Assembly (NCBI GenBank): GCA_964399335.1
Contig: CAYNQI010000005.1
Span: 1-50,942, forward strand
Length of the DNA stretch: 50,942 nucleotides
Origin: an uncultured Thermoplasmata archaeon
Lineage (GTDB): Archaea > Thermoplasmatota > Thermoplasmata > Halarchaeoplasmatales > Halarchaeoplasmataceae
Direction of reading: 5' to 3'
Shown here one piece after another: positions 17,631-27,993 of the stretch. The position numbers and the translations under genes were made by a program. Numbering within the stretch: position 1 is the first letter of the stretch; every line of letters starts with the position of its first letter. The notes beneath the pieces are model-generated. The model was not told the origin of the DNA and made no database searches. It saw only the letters and a list, made by a program, of their open reading frames with translations.

Positions 17631-18179
17631 ATGTATGAAGTCAGATTCCACGGAAGAGGCGGTCAAGGTGCGGTAACAGCTGCACACACCCTTGCCGAAG
17701 CTGCTTATAGGGAAGATAAGGATGTTCAATCATTCCCTATGTTCGGTGTTGAAAGAAGGGGTGCTCCTGTTGCTGCTTTTGCCAGGATCGATGAAAAAGA
17801 GATAGATATAAAGACCCAGATATATGAACCAGATATTGTGATAGTTCTTGACATGAGTTTATTGGATGTAGTAGACGTCACTGATGGTTTGAAAAAAGGC
17901 GGTAAGATAATATTGAATACAGCTAAAAAACCATCTGAGTTCGATTTTGGAGATGCAGAGGTTTTTACAGTCAATGCTACCGATATTGCAGTTAAAAATG
18001 GATTAGGAACCGAAACAAATCCTATAGTGAACACCGCAATATTAGGTGCTTATTCTCGAGTAGCTGGTAATGTAGATTTAGATAACATAAAAAAGGCTAT
18101 AGTAAATAATGTGCCAGTCAAACATGATGAGAACAAAAAAGCTGCAGAAGAAGCTTATGAAAGTGTAGTCGGGGTGTAA
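17631..18179 (+). CDS. porC: Pyruvate/2-oxoacid:ferredoxin oxidoreductase gamma subunit
   Basis: [13 protein letters not shown] and [10 protein letters not shown]. Start moved to 17631. Confidence 0.93.
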   Translation: MYEVRFHGRGGQGAVTAAHTLAEAAYREDKDVQSFPMFGVERRGAPVAAFARIDEKEIDIKTQIYEPDIVIVLDMSLLDVVDVTDGLKKGGKIILNTAKKPSEFDFGDAEVFTVNATDIAVKNGLGTETNPIVNTAILGAYSRVAGNVDLDNIKKAIVNNVPVKHDENKKAAEEAYESVVGV

Positions 18180-18182
18180 ATT

Positions 18183-18452
18183 ATGACAAAAGTAAAGATA
18201 ACAATAGGCGGAATAAATAAAGATGCAGGAAGTTCGAAAGAATACAAAACTGGCGGATGGAGAACTATGAAACCAGAAGTCGACGTCGAAAAATGTATAC
18301 AGTGTTTGAAATGTTTTGATTATTGTCCAGATGGTGCAGTAAAAAAGACTGAAGATGCCATCGAATTCGATCTAGATTACTGTAAAGGATGTGGGATATG
18401 TGCTAAAGAATGTCCCGTGAAAGCGATAGTTATGAAAGTTGAGGAGAAATGA
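18183..18452 (+). CDS. porD: Pyruvate/2-oxoacid:ferredoxin oxidoreductase delta subunit
   Basis: KTGGWRT.KP and two CxxCxxCxxxCP motifs ([14 protein letters not shown]). Confidence 0.95.
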   Translation: MTKVKITIGGINKDAGSSKEYKTGGWRTMKPEVDVEKCIQCLKCFDYCPDGAVKKTEDAIEFDLDYCKGCGICAKECPVKAIVMKVEEK

Positions 18453-18456
18453 TAAA

Positions 18457-19653
18457 ATGGGAGAACAAAAAGGTTTAACGATTCAAGGTAATATGGCAAC
18501 TGCTCTCGGAGCGAAGCTATGTAGGCCAGATGTCATACCTGCTTATCCGATTACACCATCCACACTTTTCCCTGAAAAGATTTCAGAATACATAGCAGAT
18601 GGTGAGTTGGATGCTTCGATGATAAGAGTGGAAAGCGAACATTCAGCGATGAGTGCCTGTATAGGGGCGTCCTCTGCTGGTGCTAGAACATGTACTGCAT
18701 CAGCTTCACAGGGTATAGCACTGATGCATGAGATGTTGTTTATCGCATCTGGGATGAGGTTACCTATAGTTATGGCTGTAGGAAACAGAGCCCTTTCAGC
18801 ACCGATCAACATCTGGGCTGATCACCAGGACACAATCGCTTCAAGAGATTCAGGTTGGTTACAGTTCTATGCTGAAAAGAATCAAGAAGGTTTAGACTTG
18901 ATGATTTTAGCATTCAGAATAGCTGAAGACGAGAGAGTATTGCTGCCAGCCATGGTTGGTATAGATGGTTTCGTTTTAACTCACACTGTAGAAGGTGTAA
19001 AGGTACCCGCTCAGGAAGATGTTGACGAATTTTTACCAGATTATGAACCACCACATGGTATACTGGATCCTGAAAAACCAATGACCTTCGGATCGTTGGG
19101 TACACCTGAGTATTATCAGGAATTAAAATATGATCAAGTGGAAGCGATGGACAAATCACCTGAAGTAATTGACGAGATCTTCGATGAATTCGAAAAAGAA
19201 TTTGGAAGAGAGTACAACAGGATCACACCATACAAGTGTGACGATGCAGATATAATACTCCTAACGATGGGTTCCATGACTGGAACTGCTAGAGCTGCTG
19301 TAGATGAGATGCGTGAAGACGGAGAAAAAGTAGGATTAGCTAAACTTACAGTATTCAGACCATTCCCTGGAGACCTATTAAAGGAGATCGCAGGAGATGC
19401 CAAAGGTCTTGCAATTATAGATAGGAACATATCACCAGGATTCGGTGGAGCAGTTTTTGCAGAAAGTGCAGGAATATTTATCAACGAGAAGAAAAAACCA
19501 CTGATGAAGAACTTCATTGTTGGTCTAGGTGGTAGAGAGATATTCAAGAGGAATTTCAAAGAGATGTACGAGAAAACAAAGAAAGCAGTCGAAAATGGCA
19601 GTGTCGATAAGATGGTTGAATGGATCAATATGGACGAGGAAGTGATGAGGTGA
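18457..19653 (+). CDS. porA: Pyruvate/2-oxoacid:ferredoxin oxidoreductase alpha subunit
   Basis: AYPITPS, ESEHSAMSAC, TASASQG. Start moved to 18457. Confidence 0.95.
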   Translation: MGEQKGLTIQGNMATALGAKLCRPDVIPAYPITPSTLFPEKISEYIADGELDASMIRVESEHSAMSACIGASSAGARTCTASASQGIALMHEMLFIASGMRLPIVMAVGNRALSAPINIWADHQDTIASRDSGWLQFYAEKNQEGLDLMILAFRIAEDERVLLPAMVGIDGFVLTHTVEGVKVPAQEDVDEFLPDYEPPHGILDPEKPMTFGSLGTPEYYQELKYDQVEAMDKSPEVIDEIFDEFEKEFGREYNRITPYKCDDADIILLTMGSMTGTARAAVDEMREDGEKVGLAKLTVFRPFPGDLLKEIAGDAKGLAIIDRNISPGFGGAVFAESAGIFINEKKKPLMKNFIVGLGGREIFKRNFKEMYEKTKKAVENGSVDKMVEWINMDEEVMR

Positions 19654-19658
19654 TCAAG

Positions 19659-20540
19659 ATGTCTAAAAATGAAGATAAAGAAATGTTTGCATCCGGTCAT
19701 AGGATGTGTGCTGGATGTGGTGAAGGTATAGCTATGCGAGCCATTTTGAACGAAGCAGGTTCTAACACGATAGCAACTGTTGCAACGGGTTGTTTGGAAG
19801 TAACTACCACTGCTTACCCACAAACAGCATGGGAGATCCCTCTTATTCACTCAGCCTTTGAGAATGCAGCTAGTGTTGCAGCTGGTATAGAAGTAGCTTT
19901 GAAACAGATGGACAAAAAAGGAGAAACCAATATTATGTCCTTCGCAGGAGATGGTGGAACCTTCGATATAGGTTTCCAAGCTCTATCAGGTATGTTTGAA
20001 AGGAAGCATAATGTGACTCACATCTGTTTGGATAATGAGGCTTACATGAACACTGGTATACAGCGCTGCAGTTCGACACCATATGGAGCTTCTACAACAA
20101 CGTCACCATCAGGTAAAGTCAGTATCGGTGAAGATAGACCAAAGAAACCTTTAGCTAGGATCTCTGCTGCCCACGATATACCATATGCAGCAACAGCGAC
20201 GATCGCTCACATCAAGGATTTGAAGAAAAAAGTAAGAAAAGCACTTGATGCCGATGGACCAGCACTGGTACATGTTTTTGCTCCGTGTCCAACTGGATGG
20301 AGACATGCTAGTAATGATTCAGTAGAACTTGCTAGATTGGCAGTGGAAACGGGTGTTTTTGTCTTATGGGAAGCTGAAGACGGTGAGATATGCGACCTTA
20401 ATATCACTCACAAACCAAAGGAAAGAAAACCGGTAAAGGAATATCTGAAGAAACAGAGAAGATTCGCACATCTAACTGATGACCATATCGAGAACATACA
20501 AAAAGAGATCGACGAAAAGTGTGAGCAGTACGGCTTCTAA
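19659..20540 (+). CDS. porB: Pyruvate/2-oxoacid:ferredoxin oxidoreductase beta subunit
   Basis: GHRMCAGCG and the TPP motif GDGGTFDIG...LDNEAYMNTG. Start moved to 19659. Pyruvate versus ketoisovalerate specificity cannot be resolved. Confidence 0.93.
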   Translation: MSKNEDKEMFASGHRMCAGCGEGIAMRAILNEAGSNTIATVATGCLEVTTTAYPQTAWEIPLIHSAFENAASVAAGIEVALKQMDKKGETNIMSFAGDGGTFDIGFQALSGMFERKHNVTHICLDNEAYMNTGIQRCSSTPYGASTTTSPSGKVSIGEDRPKKPLARISAAHDIPYAATATIAHIKDLKKKVRKALDADGPALVHVFAPCPTGWRHASNDSVELARLAVETGVFVLWEAEDGEICDLNITHKPKERKPVKEYLKKQRRFAHLTDDHIENIQKEIDEKCEQYGF

Positions 20541-20622
20541 AACCCTTTCTTTTTTCTATTCTATACTTTTATATTTTTCAAACAGAATTGACTCTAAATC
20601 AAAGAGAAGATACACTCTTGTT

Positions 20623-20847
20623 TCATTCAGTTGTTTCAATGTAATATTGTACACCAGTACCTTCCAGGCTTGCATGTATTTTATCAGCAAACCAAATTGC
20701 ATCTTTGACTGTAGCTCCGTCATTCCATTTATATACCATGTCATATTCACCTTTTTGAGGTTCAAAACCTAAACCATATAGTATATCGACTATCTCAGAA
20801 GGCTTTCCACCGTCGCTGTTGAATATTAATTTCAGATACGTTTTCAT
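20623..20847 (-). CDS. Small conserved hypothetical protein (probable ferredoxin-like fold)
   Basis: MKTYLKLIFNSDGGKPSEIVDIL..LGF.P..GEYD.VY.W reads as a real protein. The overlapping 20556-20765 and 20479-20772 ORFs look like shadows. Confidence 0.65.
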   Translation of the reverse strand: MKTYLKLIFNSDGGKPSEIVDILYGLGFEPQKGEYDMVYKWNDGATVKDAIWFADKIHASLEGTGVQYYIETTE

Positions 20848-20938
20848 GTTTAACATATGTAATATAGCTTTATCCATTATTAATATTTTTGTAATTTTAG
20901 AGTTATTTGATGTATTAATTGAAATTGAATTATAAATG

Positions 20939-21529
20939 CTAATTTTTTCTCTTAAACCCTTTACCGATTATGTACATCTCAGAGCTCGATTCTCTTGAGG
21001 CTTTTGGGGAATGTGCTTTGACGAACGAAAACTGGGATTTTACATCTTCAAGAAAATTCTTAAAATCTTCTCCTTGAAAGATTTTAACAACAAAATTACC
21101 CCCTTCTTTCAAAGACATGTCGCAGAATTTCAAAGCACGTTGGGATAAGTATACCGATCGTGCATGGTCCATTGAATAATTTCCACTTATATTTGGGGCC
21201 ATATCTGAAACAACAACATCTACATCACCAGCGATTATTGATAATCTATTTAGAACTTCATCATCTGTGAGATCACCTTGATATGTTGATACCCCTTCGA
21301 TGTCTCTCATCCTTTCAAGATCTATGGCAACTACATTACCCCTTCCAACAACTTCAACAGCATACTCGCTCCAACTACCGGGTGCTGCACCTAAGTCTAC
21401 GACTACATCTCCTGGATTGAAAATATAAAACTTTTCATCTATCTGTTTTAACTTGTAGATTGCTCTAGACCGGTAACCTTCTTTTTTGGCTTTCCGATAG
21501 TAACCGTCTTTACGTTTATACGCACACAT
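20939..21529 (-). CDS. rlmE: 23S rRNA Um2552 2'-O-methyltransferase (RlmE/FtsJ)
   Basis: YRSRAIYKL, VDLGAAPGSW, VVSDMAPNISG, FVVKIFQG, SR..SSE.Y. Confidence 0.96.
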   Translation of the reverse strand: MCAYKRKDGYYRKAKKEGYRSRAIYKLKQIDEKFYIFNPGDVVVDLGAAPGSWSEYAVEVVGRGNVVAIDLERMRDIEGVSTYQGDLTDDEVLNRLSIIAGDVDVVVSDMAPNISGNYSMDHARSVYLSQRALKFCDMSLKEGGNFVVKIFQGEDFKNFLEDVKSQFSFVKAHSPKASRESSSEMYIIGKGFKRKN

Positions 21530-21623
21530 CTTTGTATTCTAGTATAAACATATACTTAATATTAGGGGAAAACTGGTAAAGAAACATCAAAAGATTTTAA
21601 TCTCCCTATATTTATAACATATT

Positions 21624-21914
21624 ATGCGTTCAAAAGATGCTTTTGATAAAGTCATGAAAACCGTAACGAAGATCAGGGAACAAGGAGAAAAACCTGAGGA
21701 AGATATTTACTCAATGGATAAATTTATATGTGATCTATGTCAAGGTGATTTTAAGAAAAAAGAGATCACGCAATGTGGATTCTGCGGTAGATGGATATGT
21801 AAAGAAACCTGTTGGGATAGTGACTTACGAGCATGTGAGAGTTGTAGTGGTTTGATCAAATTAGCAAGGAGTGAGGAATCAGAGGAGGGCCAGGAGAATG
21901 AAAAAGATCGATGA
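21624..21914 (+). CDS. Small 8-Cys zinc-finger protein (RING/FYVE-like spacing)
   Basis: C-x2-C-x11-C-x2-C-x4-C-x3-C-x7-C-x2-C at 21729-21845. Confidence 0.65.
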   Translation: MRSKDAFDKVMKTVTKIREQGEKPEEDIYSMDKFICDLCQGDFKKKEITQCGFCGRWICKETCWDSDLRACESCSGLIKLARSEESEEGQENEKDR

Positions 21915-22083
21915 ATTTTTCAATATTATGGAATGGGATGAAAGGTTAAATAAAATAGTCTACAAACCTGACGATAAAAAGCCGGGTAAAGGTAAAATAG
22001 CCCTTGTATTTTTTATAGCAGGATTATTATCGGGGATAATAATCATGGAGTACATGATCCCATGGATTTTGATATACATATGA
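21898..22083 (+). CDS. Small single-pass membrane protein
   Basis: ATG 21898 after GGAG. Hydrophobic C-terminus IALVFFIAGLLSGIIIMEYMIPWILIYI. Confidence 0.55.
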   Translation: MKKIDEFFNIMEWDERLNKIVYKPDDKKPGKGKIALVFFIAGLLSGIIIMEYMIPWILIYI

Positions 22084-22093
22084 AGGTGAAACG

Positions 22094-23980
22094 ATGAAGA
22101 TATTATTGATACACTCAGATTATTTGGAATATGAAGTGAAGAAAGATACACCTGTTGCTGAGAAGATAAGTGAAGACATGAAAAAAGGTCGTATGGATGA
22201 ATGCTTATCGGTTTTCACAGCAGTTGAAAAAAGGGACCAGGGTAATGAAAGCGATATTATTCGACAAGGTGTAAATGAGATCGAAAATACTGTTGAACAG
22301 TTGGGTGTTGAAAAGATCATGATCTACCCATATGCTCATCTTAGTTCAGAGTTATCCAATCCAGATACTGCAGTAAAAGTCTTAGAAGGTCTAGAGGAAT
22401 CATTGTCGAAAAAATATAACGTTCATCGTTCTCCATTCGGATGGTATAAAGCATTCAAATTAAGTTGTAAAGGGCATCCACTATCTGAGCTTTCTAAAGA
22501 GATCATACCAGAAGGCGAGGATGAAGAAGTTGTTTCTAAAGCTTTAGAAGCTGAAGAAGATATGGAATCTACATGGGGTATACTTGATGTCGACGGAGAG
22601 TTTTATGAACTCGAGATAGATGGTAATAAAGTGAATGGATTTGATTTCAATAAAAATGAAAATCTAAAAACCTTTATTGCTTATGAAGCGGGACAAAAAG
22701 AAAAAGGCGGAGAGGAATCATCTCATATAAGACTGATGCAAAAGCATGAACTGGTCGATTATGAACCCGGTTCAGACCCAGGAAATTTAAGATATTATCC
22801 AAAAGGAAGGATGATGAAAGGGCTTCTTGAAGAATACGTTAGTCAAAGAACCAGAGAATATGGTGCTATGGAGATAGAATCCCCTATCATGTACGATATG
22901 GAACATCCGACTTTGAAGAGCTATCTAGATAGATTCCCTGCTCGTCAGTATACTATAGATACACCAGATAAAGAGGTATTCTTAAGATTTGCTGCCTGTT
23001 TTGGACAATTTCTAATGGGTCACGATATGACCATGTCTTACCGAAATTTACCTGTACGGTTGTATGAATTAACTAGATATTCATTCAGGGTCGAACAAAG
23101 GGGAGAACTCACTGGATTGAGGAGATTACGATCTTTTACAATGCCGGATTCCCATGCACTATGTAAAGATATGGAACAGGCAAAGGAAGAGATGATGACC
23201 AGGATGGATCTAGCCATGTCAGTAGTTAATAAGATCGGTATCGATGTCCCTGATGATTTAGAACTTGTACTGAGGTGTACTAAAGACTTTTATGAGGAAC
23301 AAAAAGAACATCTTGATAACATAGTTCAAGCTTACGGTAAACCTGCCTTGATAGAGATATGGGATGAGCGTTTCTTTTATTTCGTTTTGAAATATGAATT
23401 CAATTACATTGATCCGCTTGGTAGAGCTAGTGCACTCGTTACAGATCAAATCGACGTTGAAAATGGAGAAAGATATGGTATAGAGTACGTAGATGAGGAA
23501 GGGGAGAAAAAACATCCATATATATTACATCTCTCACCTAGTGGTGCTATAGAAAGAGTTATGTTTACTCTACTTGAGATGGCTGGAGAAGAGGAATCTA
23601 AAGGTGTAAAGCCTAGTTTCCCCTACTGGTTATCACCAACCCAACTCAGGTTGTTGCCTATTTCTGATGACCAACTATCTTATGTTGAAGAGATATCAGA
23701 TAAATTTCACGGCGTGAGAGTAGATATAGACGACTCCGATAGGACTGTTGGAAAGAAGATCAGGGATGCAGAGAAAGAATGGATCCCATATGTCGCTGTG
23801 ATAGGTTCTAGAGAGATCGAAAATGAAGAGTTATCTGTGAGGATACGCGGAGAGGAAAAGCAAAGAACTATGTCATTAAAAGAATTGAAAGATGAATTAA
23901 AAGATAAGCAGGGTAACATGCCATTTAGAGGATTGCCTCTCCCAAAACGATTATCGGAAAGACCTACTTTTGTGGGATGA
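22094..23980 (+). CDS. thrS: Threonyl-tRNA synthetase, archaeal type with N-terminal editing domain
   Basis: MKILLIHSD, IYPYAHLSS, PFGWYKAF.LSCKGHPLSE, RFAACFG, GLRRLRSFTMPD, SPSGAIER. Confidence 0.97.
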   Translation: MKILLIHSDYLEYEVKKDTPVAEKISEDMKKGRMDECLSVFTAVEKRDQGNESDIIRQGVNEIENTVEQLGVEKIMIYPYAHLSSELSNPDTAVKVLEGLEESLSKKYNVHRSPFGWYKAFKLSCKGHPLSELSKEIIPEGEDEEVVSKALEAEEDMESTWGILDVDGEFYELEIDGNKVNGFDFNKNENLKTFIAYEAGQKEKGGEESSHIRLMQKHELVDYEPGSDPGNLRYYPKGRMMKGLLEEYVSQRTREYGAMEIESPIMYDMEHPTLKSYLDRFPARQYTIDTPDKEVFLRFAACFGQFLMGHDMTMSYRNLPVRLYELTRYSFRVEQRGELTGLRRLRSFTMPDSHALCKDMEQAKEEMMTRMDLAMSVVNKIGIDVPDDLELVLRCTKDFYEEQKEHLDNIVQAYGKPALIEIWDERFFYFVLKYEFNYIDPLGRASALVTDQIDVENGERYGIEYVDEEGEKKHPYILHLSPSGAIERVMFTLLEMAGEEESKGVKPSFPYWLSPTQLRLLPISDDQLSYVEEISDKFHGVRVDIDDSDRTVGKKIRDAEKEWIPYVAVIGSREIENEELSVRIRGEEKQRTMSLKELKDELKDKQGNMPFRGLPLPKRLSERPTFVG

Positions 23981-24074
23981 TAGGTTAATATTAGGAAAAT
24001 TTTGATCGGTGTAAGGATAACCTTTATATGCTTGAAGTAATCTCTTCGCTCAAAACTGTAATGAGGAATTTAAT

Positions 24075-24272
24075 ATGGGCAATATCAGACCAACATACAT
24101 AAAAAGAGTTGCAATCGAACTCGTCGACAGGTTTCCAGAGGAATTTGATGCAGAGGATTACGAACATAACAAGAAAAAGGTAGATGAACTGACGGATGTC
24201 GAATCAAATATGATGAGGAATAAGATTGCAGGCTATATCGTTAGATATCTTAATCGTGGCAAAAATAATTAA
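24075..24272 (+). CDS. rps17e: 30S ribosomal protein S17e
   Basis: [11 protein letters not shown]...NKKKV...RNKIAGYI. Confidence 0.97.
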   Translation: MGNIRPTYIKRVAIELVDRFPEEFDAEDYEHNKKKVDELTDVESNMMRNKIAGYIVRYLNRGKNN

Positions 24273-24490
24273 TCTATATTTTCTTCAGCTATAGTTACAC
24301 AGGCTAAAAAATCATCTAAAGTATGAAGTAATTTTTTTGGTGTTTCAGCTTTGGCTGAACATATTAAATTTGAACCATCTATTTTTAAATCAATATAATC
24401 CTCATTGTCAGGTGACACTGAAGAAGCAATCACTTCAGCACTTTTTGCGTCATCATATTCTAAAACCATTTTACAAGTTATATTAGACAT
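24269..24490 (-). CDS. pcc1: KEOPS complex subunit Pcc1
   Basis: [12 protein letters not shown]...[16 protein letters not shown]. Start moved to 24490. Confidence 0.8.
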   Translation of the reverse strand: MSNITCKMVLEYDDAKSAEVIASSVSPDNEDYIDLKIDGSNLICSAKAETPKKLLHTLDDFLACVTIAEENID

Positions 24491-24589
24491 ATATTTACTT
24501 AAACTAGAAATGGTTGATAAATAATTTTTTATCAAAAATCCTCGTCACAAAGAATTTTTAATATGAGTTACTTATTTGATAATGGTATC

Positions 24590-25087
24590 ATGACTAAAAT
24601 AATGGTTTGCTATTATTCAAAATCTGGGACCACTGAAGAGATGGCTAAAGAGATCGAGAAAGGTATAAAAGAAAGTGGATCAGATGTTAATTGCGATCTA
24701 AGGAAAGTATCTAATGCTGATGTCGAAGAATTGAAGAAGTACGATGGCCTTATACTGGGTTCCCCTACATATTATGGACTTCCTTCAGCCCAGATCAAAG
24801 AATTTATAGATGAAAGCATAGTGCATCATGGTAAGTTAGAATGGATGGTAGGCGGAGCATTTACTTCTAGTGCAAATCCTGCTGGAGGTAACGAAACAAC
24901 GCTAATTGCGATTTTAGACTCATTATTGATCCATGGGATGATAATCAAGGGTATGCCTAAGGGCGACCATTATGGACCAGTAGTGGTTGGTGAACCGGAT
25001 GAAAGAGAATTAAAACAATGTAGATTTTATGGAAAATGGATGGCAGATTTAACTAAAAGGGTGAGTAAATGGAATTTCAAGAAGTAG
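24590..25087 (+). CDS. Flavodoxin/WrbA-family NAD(P)H-dependent oxidoreductase
   Basis: YYSKSGTTEEMA, GSPTYYG, GGNETT, GDHYG. Start moved to 24590. Confidence 0.9.
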   Translation: MTKIMVCYYSKSGTTEEMAKEIEKGIKESGSDVNCDLRKVSNADVEELKKYDGLILGSPTYYGLPSAQIKEFIDESIVHHGKLEWMVGGAFTSSANPAGGNETTLIAILDSLLIHGMIIKGMPKGDHYGPVVVGEPDERELKQCRFYGKWMADLTKRVSKWNFKK

Positions 25088-25590
25088 TTAAGAAAAGAAG
25101 AAGTATAAGGAAGTTCAAAGAAAAAAGTATACCCGAGAAAGAGATCAAAGAGATAATCGAAATTGGACACTTGGCTCCGTCAGCTGGAAATCTCCAGGCA
25201 AGAGATTTTATAGTTGTTAGTGACGAAGATGGGAAAAGGAAATTATCTGATAATGCATATGGTCAAGAATTTATCTCAGTAGTACCATGGGTAATAGTGG
25301 TATGTGCTAATAAAGAAAGATCTGGACGTAAATATGGAGGTAGAGGAAGAAATTTGTATTCCATACAGGATGCAACAGCAGCAGTTGAGAACATGTTATT
25401 GGCAATTGTTGATAAAGGATATGCTTCTGTTTGGGTAGGCGCTTTTGATGAGAGCAAAGTTTCTGAACAGTTAAATATTCCTGAGAATGTTAGGCCTGTG
25501 GCGATCATCCCGGTTGGTTATCCTGATGGATCACCTAATAAACCTAATAAAATGAAATCTCAAGAAATAACTCATTATGAGAGATGGTAA
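25069..25590 (+). CDS. Nitroreductase family protein
   Basis: RRSIRKF, APSAGNLQ, SIQDATAAVENMLL, SVWVGAFDE, IPVGYP. Confidence 0.93.
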   Translation: MEFQEVVKKRRSIRKFKEKSIPEKEIKEIIEIGHLAPSAGNLQARDFIVVSDEDGKRKLSDNAYGQEFISVVPWVIVVCANKERSGRKYGGRGRNLYSIQDATAAVENMLLAIVDKGYASVWVGAFDESKVSEQLNIPENVRPVAIIPVGYPDGSPNKPNKMKSQEITHYERW

Positions 25591-25600
25591 GTGAGGATCG

Positions 25601-26452
25601 ATGCAGCAATATTTATTAAGATACGGGGAAATCGGGACAAAATCTCAAAATATTCAACGCAATTTTATCGATATATTGATACAAAATATAGAGAGGATTT
25701 TTTTAAAAAATAAAAAAGAAGTTTTTATTGAAAGAGAAAGGGGGAGAATTTTTCTTTTTACAGAGAATGAAAATGTACACCTTTTATCACGTATCTTTGG
25801 AATAGTTTCCTACAGCCCAGTTATCGAAACTTCTAGTGATATATCTAGTATGAAAGATGAGGTAAAAACAATAGCATCAAACCTATCGGGTACATTTGCT
25901 GTGAGAGCTCGAAGGGTTGGGCAACATGACTATACAAGCCCTGAAGCAGCTGGTGAAGTAGGGGCTGCTATATTGGAAGAGAATCCTAATCTGAAAGTAA
26001 ATCTTGATAATCCAGACAATGAGATTTACATTGAAATACGGAATGAGAGGGCATATATATTTGGGGAAATATTTAAAGGGCCAGGGGGTCTACCTTTAAG
26101 CAGTCAAGGAAAGATAGCTTCTTTTATTGAAGACCGAGATGATTTTTTAGCTACATGGTTGATGATGAAACGTGGAGCAAGGGCATATGTTTATCATACG
26201 CCAAATACGAATTGGATTGATGAATTAGATAAATGGGATCCCAATCTAATCATTATGGGTGAAGGAAATAAGAATGAATTTTTGGAACAAGATTTTCCAG
26301 ATGAAGTACAAGGAATAGTGTTAGGAGAAACATTAAAAGATGCTCAAGCAATCAGCCATGAATTACCTATATTTAGGCCGATAATAGCTTTTACAGAAAA
26401 AAGAATAGAAGAGAGCATAGAATTGATTGATCTATTATCTGATCTAAATTAA
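25601..26452 (+). CDS. ThiI-like THUMP protein with a degenerate PP-loop (probably inactive as a thiouridine synthase)
   Basis: LLRYGEI..KS, a THUMP domain, GPGGLP..SQGK and WLMMKRG are present. SGGxDS is replaced by FIEDRDD, the protein contains no Cys, and it is only 283 aa. Confidence 0.8.
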   Translation: MQQYLLRYGEIGTKSQNIQRNFIDILIQNIERIFLKNKKEVFIERERGRIFLFTENENVHLLSRIFGIVSYSPVIETSSDISSMKDEVKTIASNLSGTFAVRARRVGQHDYTSPEAAGEVGAAILEENPNLKVNLDNPDNEIYIEIRNERAYIFGEIFKGPGGLPLSSQGKIASFIEDRDDFLATWLMMKRGARAYVYHTPNTNWIDELDKWDPNLIIMGEGNKNEFLEQDFPDEVQGIVLGETLKDAQAISHELPIFRPIIAFTEKRIEESIELIDLLSDLN

Positions 26453-26598
26453 GAAAGACTTGCTAAACCTATTCTTAAATCTATTAAATTGCTTAAAATT
26501 AGTAAAAGATTTAAATTGTAGTATGTATTAGTCAAATCAATGAATCATAATATATCGTTTTTGCATAGGTGTTATTTTGAGGCTATATCGATAAAGAG

Positions 26599-27696
26599 GT
26601 GTTCCTTTTGAATTTTTCTTCTAATAAAAAAGGTGTTTTGCTTTACAACAAGATACACAGTATACACCGTGCTTCCATGGTGAGCCGTGAAAACCCAGAA
26701 CGATTAGAAAGGGGATACAAATTCATCAAAAACAGATCTGATATTTTGAAATATTATGATTTATTAGAAGACTATGATCCTGCTACAAAAGAAGAATTAT
26801 TAAAAGTACACGAAAAAACTTATGTAGATTTTATCGAAGGATATTGTAAAAAGGGGGGTGGTTTTTTAGGCGATTCTACATATGTTCAAAAAGGTTCTTG
26901 TAAAGCTGCTAGATATTCTGCAGGTGGAGCTATTGAATTATGTAAAAGAGTTCTAAAAGATTATCAAACTGGTTTTGCGTTGATCAGACCTCCGGGTCAT
27001 CATGCATTACCAGATAATTATGGTGGATATTGTTTGTACAATAATGCTGCAATCGCAGCTCGTTGGCTTCAAAATAATAAAAAAAGAAAAATCATGATAA
27101 TCGACTGGGACGGACATGCTGCTAATGGTACGATGAGAACATTTTACTCTGATCCAGATGTTTTAACAATCTCTATCCATCGAGATCCTGAGGGATTTTA
27201 TCCTCATGATGGTTTTTCTCATCAAATAGGAAAATCTGCAGGCAGAGGTTATAGTGTAAATATCTGTTTACCTAGAGGTTCAGGAGATACTGAATTGAAG
27301 AAATCTTTTAATGATGTTGTTTTCCCATTGGCTGAAGTCTTTGATCCTGATTTTGTTATTGGATGTAATGGATTTGATTCACATCAATCCGATTCTGTCG
27401 TTGGTTTAAACTACACATTAGACAGCTATTATTTCATATCGTCTGAACTTGGAAAACGTTATAAAAATAAATTAGGTTTAGTTATGGAAGGAGGATATGA
27501 GAAATTTAATGGAAAATTACTTCACGTTGTATTATCGGGTCTTTTAGGAAGAGAGAATCCTTATGGGGGGGTTGAACCAAACTTATCCTCATCGATTATC
27601 CAGAAAGGCAGTGTGTGTAAAGATACTATGGAAGAAATAAAAGAATTGAAATCTATTTTAAAGGAATTTTCCTTAGGGAGTAAAGCTTTCACATGA
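26599..27696 (+). CDS. Zn-dependent histone deacetylase / AcuC family deacetylase
   Basis: ENPERL, RPPGHHA, GYCLYNN, IDWDGH..NG, GFDSH..D, MEGGY. The start may be the TTG at 26608. Confidence 0.92.
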   Translation: MFLLNFSSNKKGVLLYNKIHSIHRASMVSRENPERLERGYKFIKNRSDILKYYDLLEDYDPATKEELLKVHEKTYVDFIEGYCKKGGGFLGDSTYVQKGSCKAARYSAGGAIELCKRVLKDYQTGFALIRPPGHHALPDNYGGYCLYNNAAIAARWLQNNKKRKIMIIDWDGHAANGTMRTFYSDPDVLTISIHRDPEGFYPHDGFSHQIGKSAGRGYSVNICLPRGSGDTELKKSFNDVVFPLAEVFDPDFVIGCNGFDSHQSDSVVGLNYTLDSYYFISSELGKRYKNKLGLVMEGGYEKFNGKLLHVVLSGLLGRENPYGGVEPNLSSSIIQKGSVCKDTMEEIKELKSILKEFSLGSKAFT

Positions 27697-27992
27697 GGAT
27701 AGAAAAAAAAATTTATCGGTTAAGGAAAAACGAAAGAATAGAATCAATTGAGATTTTGAAAGAAGAGAAGAGAATTTATTATAGTTATAATTATCAAATA
27801 TTAAAAGATAAAGAATGGAATACCTCCGTGAGATGGGATAATTTTCAAAAGAAACCTCATGTTGATAGTTATGATGAAAATGGTAACTTATTATACTCTT
27901 CTCCTACTAGGGTTAAAAGTTTGAAAGAAGTGCTTGAACTGATTGATATATTTGGAAAAAACATTGTTACCATGGATATAACTAAACTATGA
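27693..27992 (+). CDS. DUF6516 (TumE)/DUF7718-like small protein, candidate TA toxin
   Basis: YSYNYQ...VRWDNFQKKPHVD resembles the R-[YW]-D-N...P-H motif. Sits directly upstream of an HVO_A0114-like HTH gene. Confidence 0.55.
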   Translation: MRIEKKIYRLRKNERIESIEILKEEKRIYYSYNYQILKDKEWNTSVRWDNFQKKPHVDSYDENGNLLYSSPTRVKSLKEVLELIDIFGKNIVTMDITKL

Positions 27993-27993
27993 G

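Noticed and set aside
19134-19850. 238-aa minus-strand ORF across porA/porB
   Set aside because: Antisense to conserved por genes, with no motifs.
20479-20772. ORFs 20479-20772 (+) and 20556-20765 (-)
   Set aside because: They overlap the more protein-like 20623-20847 frame.
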